A DNA stretch of 62,905 nucleotides from Octopus bimaculoides (GCF_001194135.2 NC_068999.1:10260323-10323227), one strand, 5' to 3'; counted from the first letter of the stretch, positions 1 to 12,895 are shown. Notes: generated by a model from the letters alone, not told the origin. A program made the numbers and translations.

Positions 1-4
1 GCAC

Positions 5-43
<39 letters not shown>

Positions 44-48
<5 letters not shown>

Positions 49-226
49 CAAAGAATATATATGCATGTATACACACATATATGTACATACTTGCATCTAC
101 ATGTGTATATAGATGCATATCAGGGTACAGGACGTTGGAACAATGAACTACAGACAACGGAACGAACACATAGGAAAACAGATAGCCACTTGGAATTAAT
201 CCTTCGTCAGCTGCCTCTATTCTAAC
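44..226. repeat. Dispersed repeat, copy 1 (44-155 shared with 55147-55258)
   Basis: 112 nt with 4 mismatches to copy 2, same orientation. Confidence 0.8.
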
Positions 227-427
227 TAGATAGATAGATAGATAGATAGATGGATAGAGAAAGAGAGTGTGTGTCTGTGTTAAATTAAGTGTTTACCTCA
301 CATTTTTATTCTCCGTGTTTATTCTCCTTTCATCTTATTCTATTCCTCAATATGTCGATTACAACACATTACTTTCCATCTATGTTTTATCCACTAAGTT
401 TTCAATCGCACACACAGAAACACAAAG

Positions 428-497
<70 letters not shown>

Positions 498-773
498 CAC
501 AGACTTAGGCATTTGTTTTTTTTCTTTCTCATTTACATGAATACATTATAACCTCAACATATCATTCTCTCACACCTTTCTCCCTCATTTACACTCTTTG
601 CCCCCGCCCCACCAACCACAACCCGTTGGTCCCTCTTTCTCTCTCTTCTCCTCTCTATGTTTCTATCTATGACTCTTTCTCTCTCACCTTCACCCCTACT
701 TGGTATGTCCAACTGTATTGTTTTACTTCATGCTTCCCATATATTTATCGTTAGACATATAAATGCCTGTCTC

Positions 774-830
<57 letters not shown>

Positions 831-1319
831 ATGAAATACGACACCATTTTAAGCATAAATTTGTAACAAAAAGAGAAAACGAGAGAAAAGGTACTTACTT
901 TTATGTACATTTTGAACTGCCTGAGGTGACCTTGGTGCTTTTTTGTAGGTTTTTCACTCCAAGGATACACCTAAACTGTAAACAATATTTATTCCCGTTT
1001 TTGGGAAGATTTATNNNNNNNNNNNNNNNNNNNNNNNNNNNNNNNNNNNNNNNNNNNNNNNNNNNNNNNNNNNNNNNNNNNNNNNNNNNNNNNNNNNNNN
1101 NNNNNNNNNNNNNNNNNNNNNNNNNNNNNNNNNNNNNNNNNNNNNNNNNNNNNNNNNNNNNNNNNNNNNNNNNNNNNNNNNNNNNNNNNNNNNNNNNNNN
1201 NNNNNNNNNNNNNNNNNNNNNNNNNNNNNNNNNNNNNNNNNNNNNNNNNNNNNNNNNNNNNNNNNNNNNNNNNNNNNNNNNNNNNNNNNNNNNATATATA
1301 TATATATATATATATATAA

Positions 1320-1637
1320 GCACATGGCTTAGCGATAAGGATAGTTGGATCACAATTGCAAGGTCGTGAGTTCTGTTCACGGCGAAGTGTTGTATTCTTG
1401 AACAAGATACTTTATTTCACGTTGCCCCAGTTCACTTACCTGGCAAAAATACGTAATATCTGTCTTTGAAAGGGCCAGCCTTGTCACGCTCTCTGTCACG
1501 CTGAATCTCCCTGAGAACTACGTTAATGTCAGTCGTGTCTATGGAGTACTCAGCCACATTCCCGTTAATTTCAGGAGCAAGCTGTTCCATTGATCTGATC
1601 AACTGGAACCCGTGTCCTTGTAACCAACAGAGTGCCA
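1320..1637 (+). mobile_element. SINE family B, full-length diverged copy
   Basis: tRNA-like head (TGGCTTAGCG...GAGTTC), core TTCTTGAACAAGATACTT, and a body/tail alignable to the copy at 15811-16127 (reverse complement). Confidence 0.8.
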
Positions 1638-1652
1638 ATTATATATGTACAG

Positions 1653-1977
1653 ATTGGGTCATCCCATAAATAGTTTTTTTTAATACTTCTATTATTTTTC
1701 AAATTATAATAAATAAAGTTCATTTTAATCTAAAATATACTCTCCTTCATTTTCTACAATGCTCTGCCATCTATTTGGTAGACTTTCAAGGCCCCTCTTC
1801 CAAAATTCACTTGTCCGTGAGGAAAAATACTCTCCCAGTACTCTTCTGACCTCTCTTTTACTCTTTTCTCTTTTACTCTTTTCTCTTCTACGTGGTTCAG
1901 TCATTTGACTGCGGGCATGCTGGAGCACCGCCTTTAGTCGAGCAAATCGCCCCCAAGACTTATTCACAGACATATAA

Positions 1978-2026
<49 letters not shown>

Positions 2027-2385
2027 CATATATATACGACGAGCTTCTTTCAGTTTCCGTCGACCAAATCCAATCACAAGGCTTTGGTCGGCCTGAGACT
2101 ATTATAGTAGAAGACACTTACCCAAGTTGCCACGCAGTGGGACTGAACCCGGAACCATGTGGTTGGTAAGTCAGCTACTTACCACACAGCCCCGTTCAAA
2201 TGATTTTGAAGACTGCGGAATAAATGATAATCAAATGGGGAAATGTCCGGCGAATGTGGTGGGTGGGGCATTGTATCTCATTCAAACTGTTCTAGAATGT
2301 CATCCTCGCTGGATGTGGCCCAGTATCATTCTGATGGAAGAACACCTTTCGTCTTGAAACCAAAGATGGTCATTTTACTTCTACC
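1653..2385 (-). mobile_element. Decayed mariner (DD34D) transposon 3' portion, interrupted by a SINE-A copy
   Basis: The minus strand of 2192-2385 translates (with stops/frameshift) to FFHQNDTGPH...MPHPPHSPDISPFDYHLFRSLQNHLNG, the mariner HQDNARPH and YSPDLAPSD motifs. 1725-1850 gives EVRRVLGEYFSSRTSEFWKRGLESLPNRWQSIVENEGEYILD*, a typical mariner C-terminus. TIR-like ATTGGGTCATCCCATAAATA at 1653-1672. Confidence 0.85.
1851..2191 (-). mobile_element. SINE family A with internal deletion, nested in mariner
   Basis: Reverse complement of the head GGCTGTGTGGTAAGTAGC...GGTTCAGTCCCACTGCGTGGC, internal (CA)/(TA) tract, and a tail ending in AAAAGAG-type repeats. Confidence 0.85.
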
Positions 2386-2409
2386 GAAGACAGACAGATA
2401 TATAGACAG

Positions 2410-2446
<37 letters not shown>

Positions 2447-3085
2447 TGGACAGTTAGATAGATTGATAGTTACACACGTAGTCTTATGCACATACATAAA
2501 TATATACACACACATATGATATATATATACCAATATTTCTTTGTGTCAGTTACCATCTTTGTTCTTGCTATATGCAAACAACAACATACAAAGAAATAGC
2601 ATGCCGGTACACGCATACACACACACACGCATGGACACCCACTGCAAAAAACTTTAATTCGGTCTCTTAGAAATTTAGGCCACAACCATCGTACTTTTCC
2701 AACTCTATCCAATTTCAGTTTACGTAATTTGTGCAAGATGATCAACTTTGTTGAGATCCTACGCAAAATGAAACAACCCTATAACTAAGCAATCAAAATG
2801 CTCTCAAGTTTGAGCAAAACAGCTTCCAAGCAGATGGTATTCCTGATGAAATCCAGTTAGTATGTTATTACACTCTAAGAACTTGTGCCTTTATCTCCTG
2901 GTGGTCACTTCCATGAGTGAAGTGGTATGTCCAATCAGACAGGACTGTAATTTTCGGTCATCTGTTCTTTATTCTAGCTTATGATTTGAACATGGTATGC
3001 TATTCTTTTTTATACTAAGAGGTTTTGAAGGTTTTAGTTTGGGATATAGCTGATGTGGCTTTGTTGTGGTATATTTGTCTATTTC

Positions 3086-3092
3086 TTTGCTA

Positions 3093-3189
<97 letters not shown>
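3086..3189. repeat. (CA)n microsatellite
   Basis: About 50 uninterrupted units. Confidence 0.95.
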
Positions 3190-3191
<2 letters not shown>

Positions 3192-4120
3192 AATATTCCT
3201 TTGTATGTACAGGATACACAACTGCATTACTCAAAATCAGATAAACAATCATGTTGATTCGGATACTTCCTTGTAAGTACAAGGCTTTCGCGGTTTTTGA
3301 TATCAGGCTGAGTATCACTGGATGATGTCTAACACATTTTGGTTCTTGTGAGCACGTGACAGGATCGCTAATTATCAAGCACTAATCGTTGCCTGGATCG
3401 ACTACTTGACAGAGGGCACTTTCAAAATATTGTGCAACGATAGGAGATACCTGTTTTAAGAATGTCACTAAAAATGTTTAAAAATTGTGTTATTTAGCTA
3501 CAGAGAACTGTCAGTAGAAGTTTTTGGAAGTTATGAACAAATGACATGCGATTATATTTGTCAGCAGTGAGAAAACAATCCAGATACAATTTAAACGGGG
3601 AAAAAAATGAGCTTTTAATGTTTATTGATTGAAAATTATGAAGTAGTATTAACAGGTAATGGCTTGAACTTATCTAGAAGGGAGCATTGCATCTGACGGA
3701 GGATGATAGATATAATATCTTATTAAATGATACTAGTGATCGTTTCAATACATGGGATTTCTCAGAGAGACAAAATCGACAGCAACTTCCATAAACATTT
3801 CGATACATCCACGAAACTTATTCCCACGGTCTTTTATAAACTTTGCTATAAGTCTGAAAGGTTGTCACCCCAAACCAAGTATCCGAACGATCAGAATTGT
3901 TTTCTAAGGCATTTCACCCTATGACAATCCAAAAGTTTTAAAGGAACCTAGAACTACATTATTTAACGTACATTGTTTTTTCTTCTAGTCTTTACATAAG
4001 GTGGACAAAGATTTAAGAAGAATTGAACAGCTTTTTCTTGCAGTTTATACACGTATAGAAACACATACACATACACACACACACACATACACATATACAC
4101 ACACACACAAACACACACAT

Positions 4121-4437
4121 GGCTTCGAGTTGAGTCTCACTGCGCAACATATTAGGCAAGTGTCTTCTATAACACCATTGGGTTGGCCAGTGCCTTGTGA
4201 ATGAATTTGGTCCACGAAAACTATGAAAGCATGTTGTATGTATATGTGTATGTGTGCGAAGATGTTTGTGTGTGTTTTCCCTTCCACCACTTGACAACAA
4301 GTGCTGGTCTGTTTACGTCCAACTGGCTTAGCAGTCGCGACAAAAGAGCCAGATAGAATAAGAATCGGATTTAACCATTAAATATTGAGGTCGATTTGGT
4401 TGACTAAATAATTTAAGACAATGCTCTAGCAGGTCGG
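4121..4437 (+). mobile_element. SINE family A, old diverged copy
   Basis: Colinear degenerate match to 24213-24599 (GGCAAGTGTCTTCTA, CTTGTGAATGAATTTGG, CTTGACAAC, GAGGTCGATTTG). Confidence 0.65.
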
Positions 4438-4619
4438 ATTCCTATGAATGGAACAAAGAAAAGAAAGAAAGCGAGAAAATTTAGTCGCAAAAAGCAGTCT
4501 TTTGAAAATACTGATGTCTGATTTTTTTAGACTTGCAGAGGTGAGTACCAAATTCAAAACCCTCACGACTGACAATTCATTAACAATATTTCTTAAATTT
4601 TGTAATCAACTTACACGTA

Positions 4620-5017
4620 GGCGCAGGAATGGCTGTGTGGTAAGTAGCTTGCTTACCAACCACATGGTTCTGGGATCAGTCTCACTGCGTGGCACCTTGG
4701 GCAAGTGTGTTCTACTATAGCTTTGGGCCGACCAAAGCTTGTGAGTGGATTTGGTAGACGGAAACTGAAATAAGCCCGTCGTATACATGTATATGTATAT
4801 ATGTGTGTGCGTGTGTGTGTGTCTGTCTTTGTGTGTCTGTGTTTGTCCCCCCAACATCACTTGACAACCGATGCTGGTGTGTTTACGCAAAACAGACCGA
4901 TAGAATAAGTACTAGGCTTACGAAGAATAAGTCCTGGGGTCGATTTGCCCGACTAAAGGCGGTGCTCCAGCATTGCCGCCGTCAAATGACTGAAACAAGT
5001 AAAAGAGTAAAAGAGTA
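4620..5017 (+). mobile_element. SINE family A, near full length
   Basis: A box TGGCTGTGTGG, degenerate B-box region, CORE-like CACCTTGGGCAAGTG, internal TA/TG tract, 3' end GGTGCTCCAGCAT...GTCAAATGACTGAAACAAGTAAAAGAGTAAAAGAGT. Confidence 0.9.
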
Positions 5018-5513
5018 ACATAACTTCATCATGTAACAGACCAATTTCGTCGTTTACATTTTTGTGCTGTGGATATTTTGTGATTATTTAATACAGATTA
5101 CTGTACTATGCAATGAATATAACACATTCGAAAGGTTGAGCAGAAGAGTACCTGTGTATAGTCACATTTGAGCTAAAGAGAATGCATTAAAAAAAACAAA
5201 CAACAACTAGATAAATCGATTTAACTGGACGGAAGTATGTCCGTCACTTAAAATTTACATGTAGCAATTAAAGGTTGCTATCGAAATACACTAATATCAT
5301 GTATATTTATCGATATTGTATGTATAAATATGTTTGTGTGTATGGGGACATATGTGTGTATGTGTGTGTTGGTATGTATTGAAATGTATGCAGTTGTGTA
5401 TACGTGGGTGTTGTATAATTCTGTGCGTGCGTACTATCTTACATTTAAATGTAAAAACATTTTCAGATATGAAAATAAAATAAGCACTCACCAACATACA
5501 CACAAATATGTAG

Positions 5514-5544
<31 letters not shown>

Positions 5545-5939
5545 CATATATATACATATATATACATACATACACACACAATCATATATATATATGTATG
5601 TGTGTGTGTGTGTGTGTACACTGTACATAAACACGCATACATACATACGTACATACACTAGGCTATGAAATACCTTGTAACTAGCCAATAAAAAAATATT
5701 TATATGGAAGAACGAGGGGGAAAAATATAGAAAGAACGTAATATACATATACATAAATGAATGTGTGTGTGCGTGTGTGAGTGTGAGTGTGTGTGTGTGT
5801 GTGTGCACGAGAGAGAGAGAGAGTTGGGAAATTTGAGAGAGAAAAAGAGAGTGGCACAAGCTTGTAAAACAGTGAGGGATAGATAGTTATTGAGTTGGAG
5901 AGCGTGGTGCGGTATTATGAGATCGTTAAAGAAATATAA

Positions 5940-5979
<40 letters not shown>

Positions 5980-6646
5980 NNNNNNNNNNNNNNNNNNNNN
6001 NNNNNNNNNNNNNNNNNNNNNNNNNNNNNNNNNNNNNNNNNNNNNNNNNNNNNNNNNNNNNNNNNNNNNNNNNNNNNNNNNNNNNNNNNNNNNNNNNNNN
6101 NNNNNNNNNNNNNNNNNNNNNNNNNNNNNNNNNNNNNNNNNNNNNNNNNNNNNNNNNNNNNNNNNNNNNNNNNNNNNNNNNNNNNNNNNNNNNNNNNNNN
6201 NNNNNNNNNNNNNNNNNNNNNNNNNNNNNNNNNNNNNNNNNNNNNNNNNNNNNNNNNNNNNNNNNNNNNNNNNNNNNNNNNNNNNNNNNNNNNNNNNNNN
6301 NNNNNNNNNNNNNNNNNNNNNNNNNNNNNNNNNNNNNNNNNNNNNNNNNNNNNNNNNNNNNNNNNNNNNNNNNNNNNNNNNNNNNNNNNNNNNNNNTATA
6401 TATATATATATGTATATATATCAGCTAAATAGCTAGTTGTTGAAAATGATTGCTGGTAGATAACTTAGGTACAATTTATCTCTGTAAACTTACTGATAGA
6501 CACATGTATGTGTATATGTATAAATATATTTTTTGCATGTTTCTGTGTATGTATCCTGTATTTGTGCATGATGTAATTACTAGTGGGATATTTGCTGTTG
6601 CAAAACTGAATTAGTAAATGAAACTCTGTGTGTGTGTGTGTGTGTT

Positions 6647-6690
<44 letters not shown>

Positions 6691-6719
6691 TGTGTGTGTC
6701 TGTGTGTGTGTATCTGTGT

Positions 6720-6774
<55 letters not shown>

Positions 6775-7008
6775 TGTGTTTGTGTGTGGACGTACGTGTG
6801 CTTATGTTGTTTTAATGTCGTTCCATCTCTCAATTTATCTATCTAACTTCTACATCTTTAAGAGTTATATGGTCAATGAAGTCGTATTTGGAGGTTGAAC
6901 AACGTGTGTGAATATGAATATATATACACACATGCACACACATATATGCATGTGTGTGTGTGTGCGTATATATATATGTGTGTGTGTGTGTGCATATATA
7001 TAATATAT

Positions 7009-7042
<34 letters not shown>

Positions 7043-7059
7043 GTAATGTAGATTATATG

Positions 7060-7520
<461 letters not shown>

Positions 7521-7710
7521 TCATATGGATAGTTACCGTATGCCTACATACTTATGTAAGTGTATATGTCTATTTTAACAAACAGCTGAAAAAGACAAAA
7601 GTACAAGCAAAATACATACATACAATCATGCATATAATTTGCAATCTTACAGTAATACATAGATTGTGCGCTTATGTGTATGCATGGGTATGTAGACGTG
7701 TGTATATGAC

Positions 7711-7779
<69 letters not shown>

Positions 7780-7965
7780 ATGGCAGTATTGCAACTGATA
7801 TGATAATTAGAAAGGTATTAGAGTAGAAGTGGGAAAGTGTAATAATGTTGATATCTACAGTGATATGAGATTATAGAGAATGTAGATTATACAAAATGTG
7901 GCTAGATTTGGAAGAGCTGTGAAGGGGTGGATGGGGAGTCGGATGAAGTAGATAGGAACAAAGAA

Positions 7966-8035
7966 GATGATTATCATATTGCTGCTGTTGCTGCTGCTGC
8001 TGCTGTTGTTGCTTATACTGACGATGTTCTTACGG

Positions 8036-8076
<41 letters not shown>

Positions 8077-8166
8077 GCTGATGGTGATGATGTTGATCAT
8101 GGTGATCATGGTGATGATGTTGATGATGAGGAGGGTGATGATGAGGATGATGATGATGATGATGAG
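7966..8166. repeat. Compound trinucleotide repeat (GCT)(GTT)(GAT)
   Basis: Directly visible. Confidence 0.9.
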
Positions 8167-8683
8167 TGTGATAAAGGAACTGAAAATGTGAAGAGAATGG
8201 GAAGTTGTTATTGGGGGTGTGTTATCTAAAAAGAAAAACGAAACTGANNNNNNNNNNNNNNNNNNNNNNNNNNNNNNNNNNNNNNNNNNNNNNNNNNNNN
8301 NNNNNNNNNNNNNNNNNNNNNNNNNNNNNNNNNNNNNNNNNNNNNNNNNNNNNNNNNNNNNNNNNNNNNNNNNNNNNNNNNNNNNNNNNNNNNNNNNNNN
8401 NNNNNNNNNNNNNNNNNNNNNNNNNNNNNNNNNNNNNNNNNNNNNNNNNNNNNNNNNNNNNNNNNNNNNNNNNNNNNNNNNNNNNNNNNNNNNNNNNNNN
8501 NNNNNNNNNNNNNNNNNNNNNNNNNNNNNNNNNNNNNNNNNNNNNNNNNNNNNNNNNNNNNNNNNNNNNNNNNNNNNNNNNNNNNNNNNNNNNNATATAT
8601 ATACATAGATAAATACATACATACATACATACATATATACATACATGCACACACATACATACATACATACATACATACATACA

Positions 8684-8714
<31 letters not shown>

Positions 8715-8740
8715 GTACATACTTATGCACTGATGCAGTA

Positions 8741-9264
8741 TCAAGCAGTGGCTCTCATGGCTTCTGATCTTAAGTACATTGCTTTGTCTTGGTATAAAAG
8801 TTGGTCTACAGCAAATATTCTGCTCAATACCACAGATTTGCCTGTCAGTTGTCTGACCTTAACCAGTTGAGCATGTCACTTATTGGCTGACGTTATGTGC
8901 ATTTCTGATCACGAGCAGAAGTAGTGGGGGAGCATCATAGCCATGTGTTGAGAGGAATTCTTTTGAGTTTGAATAAAACACCTCTGGAAACATGGGGGTT
9001 TTGTTCATCATCCTTAAACAACCCTTATTCAGGGATCATTTGAGCGGGAAGGGCTACTCGATCCGAAGAAAATTCTAACTTGGCCCCATCTTCAACGTCG
9101 TATGCTGTTTATCTTGATATGAGATCACTGTGTCGCGCACATTTTGTTGTGATGCATGTGCCTGGTGTACCCTTATCAGTCGGGTAGTCATGATGGGTAT
9201 AATGGGCTTCTTATATTTTACCCCAGTGTCACTTTGATGGCATGCACTACTCTCTAACTCAATA
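8741..9264. repeat. Unclassified interspersed repeat-like segment
   Basis: High-complexity, GC-balanced 520 bp block between microsatellites with no long ORF. It resembles an abundant octopus repeat from my recollection only; one copy in the window. Confidence 0.35.
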
Positions 9265-9642
9265 CTAATCATATGTGTGTGTGTATGTATCACAAATGGA
9301 TTTGTACAATGAAGATGAATAAAGATATATTTAATGTCTTACAGAGTAAATCAAATATATACTGATTTCAAACTCTATTCAGAATAGAGGCTTGAAAGTG
9401 CCTCAAAGCAGCTACGACCGTCTTCATATAAGAAGGATGTGTTAATCTCATGAAGTGAATCGTTAATAAGCAAGAGAAAATGAGTTGCAGACGGAAAATG
9501 AGAGGTCAGTGAAGGAGAAGTAGTGAGAGTGATAGCCCTGAATGAGAGGGAGTGGGAGAAAGTAATAGCAATGAGAGAAAGGAAGGTGTGATAGATGAAT
9601 AAGGATGGAGTAAAAAAAAATCAGCGTTTCAACTCTGAGTGA

Positions 9643-9693
<51 letters not shown>

Positions 9694-10394
9694 AGGGAAG
9701 TATGTAAATGCTTGTATCTGTGATTATTATTTACCTTATTTTGTACCTTATTTATATATAAAACACTACAATTAGCCGTCACTATTGACGGCACGTGGTC
9801 AGCTAGTGAATCTTATAAAACATCAAATACTAAGAAGTATATATGAGTTCCAGATGAAGAAACAGGTATTTATGTCTGCTTATGCATACATACATACGTA
9901 CATACATACAAACAATTTGTGTGCTTATGTGTATGTAAGTGAGTGTGTATGCGTGTATGCGTGTGTACGTCTGTGTTTAGTAACGTGAAGTGAAACGAAT
10001 ATTGAATGAAACGCAGTTGACAAAGGGATGTAAGCTTTTGTTGGTACTAAGAAATGGAAGGTTATCGCACGCTGTTTTATTAACAATGAATTTGTTCTTT
10101 CCTATTTGTAGTGTTGTTTGGTAGAACCACTGGTGGTGAATGTCTGGGCTTTTTATAATGTCTTACATATAAACACTTACTAATATACTTATATATATAT
10201 AAATACATATCCTTACAGCATAATCATCTAAATACACACGTACGTACGTGCATTCTTCTCCGTGTATATATTTATATGTATGTATTGTGTAGATGCATCG
10301 TGTGTATGTATGTGTGTATGTATGTATGTGTATGTGTATGTATGTATGTATCTATGTATGTGTGTGTATATGTATGTATAATACACACACGCAA

Positions 10395-10892
10395 GCAGAG
10401 TGGCAGTGTGGTAAGAAGTCTGATTTCCAGCCACATGTTTTCGGGTTCAGTCTCACTGCGAGGCACATTGGGCAAGTGTCGTGGGCCGACCAAAGCCTTG
10501 TGAGTGGATTTGGTAGACAGAAACTTAAAGAAGCCTGTCGTATATATATATATGTATATATAATTTATATAAGGGCATTGCTATATAGTAATGCCCTTAT
10601 ATAAATTATATATATTTATGGAAAAAAACGATGTTTTTTTTTTCCTTATGGGGTTTTTTCACGCTGACTACTTGATAAATTCTTATAAAGATTTTATCCT
10701 ATATTATATTATATGTGTGTGTATATATANNNNNNNNNNNNNNNNNNNNNNNNNNNNNNNNNNNNNNNNNNNNNNNNNNNNNNNNNNNNNNNNNNNNNNN
10801 NNNNNNNNNNNNNNNNNNNNNNNNNNNNNNNNNNNNNNNNNNNNNNNNNNNNNNNNNNNNNNNNNNNNNNNNNNNNNNNNNNNNNNNNNNNN

Positions 10893-10934
<42 letters not shown>

Positions 10935-11148
10935 TGTTTGTTTGTCCCCCAACAACGCTTGACAACCGGTGTCGGTGTGTTTATGATCCTGTACTTTAGC
11001 AGTTCGGTAGAGAAACCGAGATAATAATTAACAGGCTTAACAAAATATAAGTACTGGGATCGATTCATTCGACTAAAAATCGTTGAAGGAGGTGCCCCAA
11101 CATGGACGCAGTCTAATGATTGAAACAAGTAAAAACATGAAAGATAAA
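10395..11148 (+). mobile_element. SINE family A, halves separated by low-complexity sequence and a gap
   Basis: Head/core at 10395-10545 (TGGCAGTGTGG...GGGTTCAGTC...TTGGGCAAGTGTC); 3' half at ~10930-11148 (TTTGTCCCCCAAC...TGAAACAAGTAAAA). Confidence 0.75.
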
Positions 11149-11594
11149 AATATATGAAGCAGGGTCAACAAGATAGGAGAAATCAGCAGAGAACTATTAT
11201 GGTGTATTTGCGACTTAGAATTTGACTAAAAGTATATCAGTGAGTCGTAAGGTGTCCTATGGATAGTAGCTTTGCCAAATGAAAGGAGCTGTGACTGTCA
11301 CAATTAATGAGAAAGAGTTCTGTTGTGTGACCTTCGCAGAGTGTTTTGCTGTGATGTCTTTACAGGCCTGAATAGCTTTTACGAGTGGGGCAAGAGGAAT
11401 ACCGTTGAAGAATGTTTTACAGTGAGCAAATACGTTACGCATCTTCATTGAATTGTTTGCATCAGTGTCGAGTACAAGGAACAACAATGGAAGGTAGTCC
11501 TTATTATTTTTGTGACTCGACAGATGTCTAATGACACGGGTGCATTTTTTACATACTCTGTGTTACGAAAGAATAATAATTATTATTATTTCAA

Positions 11595-11710
11595 ATATTT
11601 GTCACAAGGGCAGCTTGTGGGAGGAGATTAAGTCGATTACCTCGACCCCAGTGTTTCAATGGTACTTATTTTATCGACACCGAAAGGATGAAAGTCAAAT
11701 CACACTCTGC
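11595..11710 (-). mobile_element. SINE family C fragment (headless)
   Basis: Reverse complement of the core TTTCATCCTTTCGGTGTCGATAAAATAAGTACC plus tail; matches 61977-62208. Confidence 0.7.
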
Positions 11711-11712
11711 AG

Positions 11713-11820
11713 GATTGACTTTGCATTTCATACTATTGGGATCGATTAAATAAGTACCAGTTATGCACTGAGGTAGATGTAATCAACTTGATAATATCGC
11801 TCATTCTGCCCTTGTGGTAA
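11713..11820 (+). mobile_element. SINE family C fragment (headless)
   Basis: GACTTTGCATTTCATACT..GGGATCGATTAAATAAGTACCAGTTATGCACTGAGG, the family C core. Confidence 0.7.
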
Positions 11821-11822
11821 AT

Positions 11823-11906
<84 letters not shown>
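11821..11906. repeat. (AAC)n(AAT)n microsatellite between two tail-to-tail SINE-C copies
   Basis: Directly visible. Confidence 0.95.
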
Positions 11907-12120
11907 CTTCTTTTCTATTCTAGGTACAAGGCCCGAAAATTTAGGGGAGGGGACCAGTCGATTAGATAGACTCCAGTACGCAACTGGTACTTAATTTATC
12001 AAACCGAAAGGATGAAAAGCAAAGTTGACCTCGGTGGAATTTGAACTCAGAACGTAAAGACAGACGAAATACTGCTAAGCATTTCGCCCGGCCTGCTAAC
12101 GCTTCTGTCAGCTCGCCGCC
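11906..12120 (-). mobile_element. SINE family C, full length
   Basis: On - strand: head GGCGGCGAGCTGACAGAAGCGTTAGC, B box GAGTTCAAATTCC, core, (ATT)n tail. Confidence 0.85.
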
Positions 12121-12481
12121 AAGTACTAACTGGGATGGTCAGAGACCCTGCTGACATGCCTTTGATCAGCGTTGACACGAGGCTAAACAACAATGGCAAC
12201 AACTTGATACAAGTAATTCACTGTAGGGAGTTCAAATTTAGGTGAGGTCAACGTTTGCTTTCAAACTTCTATAAAATAACCTATCAGTTGTTGTTGTTCT
12301 AATTAAGCATCGGGTCACCTACGATCGAGTACACCTACAGCGAGAGGCATTCTAGTTGTAACGATTGTGTTTCATATTAAAAGGTGCACCCAAGACAGCG
12401 CTCACCACGTGGTCCACATACTCGTACATAAGACAATGAGCTCCACGTGACACAAATATTTGTTCAGAGAATACGATGTAA

Positions 12482-12600
12482 TTCCTTTTTTAGTCCTTTG
12501 ACTGTGGCCATGCTGGGGCACAGAACGAAGAATTTTAGTGGAACTGATCGACCCCTGTACTTATATATTTTAAGACTTGTACATTTTTACTCAACCGCAC
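12482..12600 (-). mobile_element. SINE family A 3' fragment
   Basis: TTTGACTGTGGCCATGCTGGGGCAC...ATCGACCCC is the reverse complement of the A tail. Confidence 0.65.
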
Positions 12601-12612
12601 AAACGCACGCAC

Positions 12613-12647
<35 letters not shown>

Positions 12648-12700
12648 CAAACACACAAACACACACAAACACACACACAAACGCGCATGCACATATTCTT

Positions 12701-12895
12701 TTATTACTTGACTTCTTTCAGTCATTTGATTGAGGTCATGCTTCCCCCCCCCCCAAGGACTTATTTCTTCAGCCTAGTGCTTATTTTACTGGTCTCTTTT
12801 GGCGAACTGGTATGTTATGGGGACGTAAACACACCAGCACTGGTTGTCAAACGATAACGGAGACAAACAAAGACACAAATACACACACACATACA
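12701..12895 (-). mobile_element. SINE family A 3' half
   Basis: CAGTCATTTGA...GGGGACGTAAACACACCAGCA..GGTTGTCAA matches the reverse complement of the A 3' half. Confidence 0.7.

Noticed and set aside
4620-4700. tRNA-like heads (here and at 12040-12120, 16050-16127, 62120-62208)
   Set aside because: A/B boxes are present but there is no full cloverleaf, and they continue into shared repeat bodies: SINE heads, not tRNA genes.
7927-8229. 100-aa poly-A/V/D acidic ORF
   Set aside because: Starts at GTG and is entirely explained by trinucleotide repeats; no splice or domain support.
10400-10414. TGGCAGTGTGGT resembling the 5' end of miR-34
   Set aside because: It is the mutated A box of a SINE-A head; no precursor hairpin.
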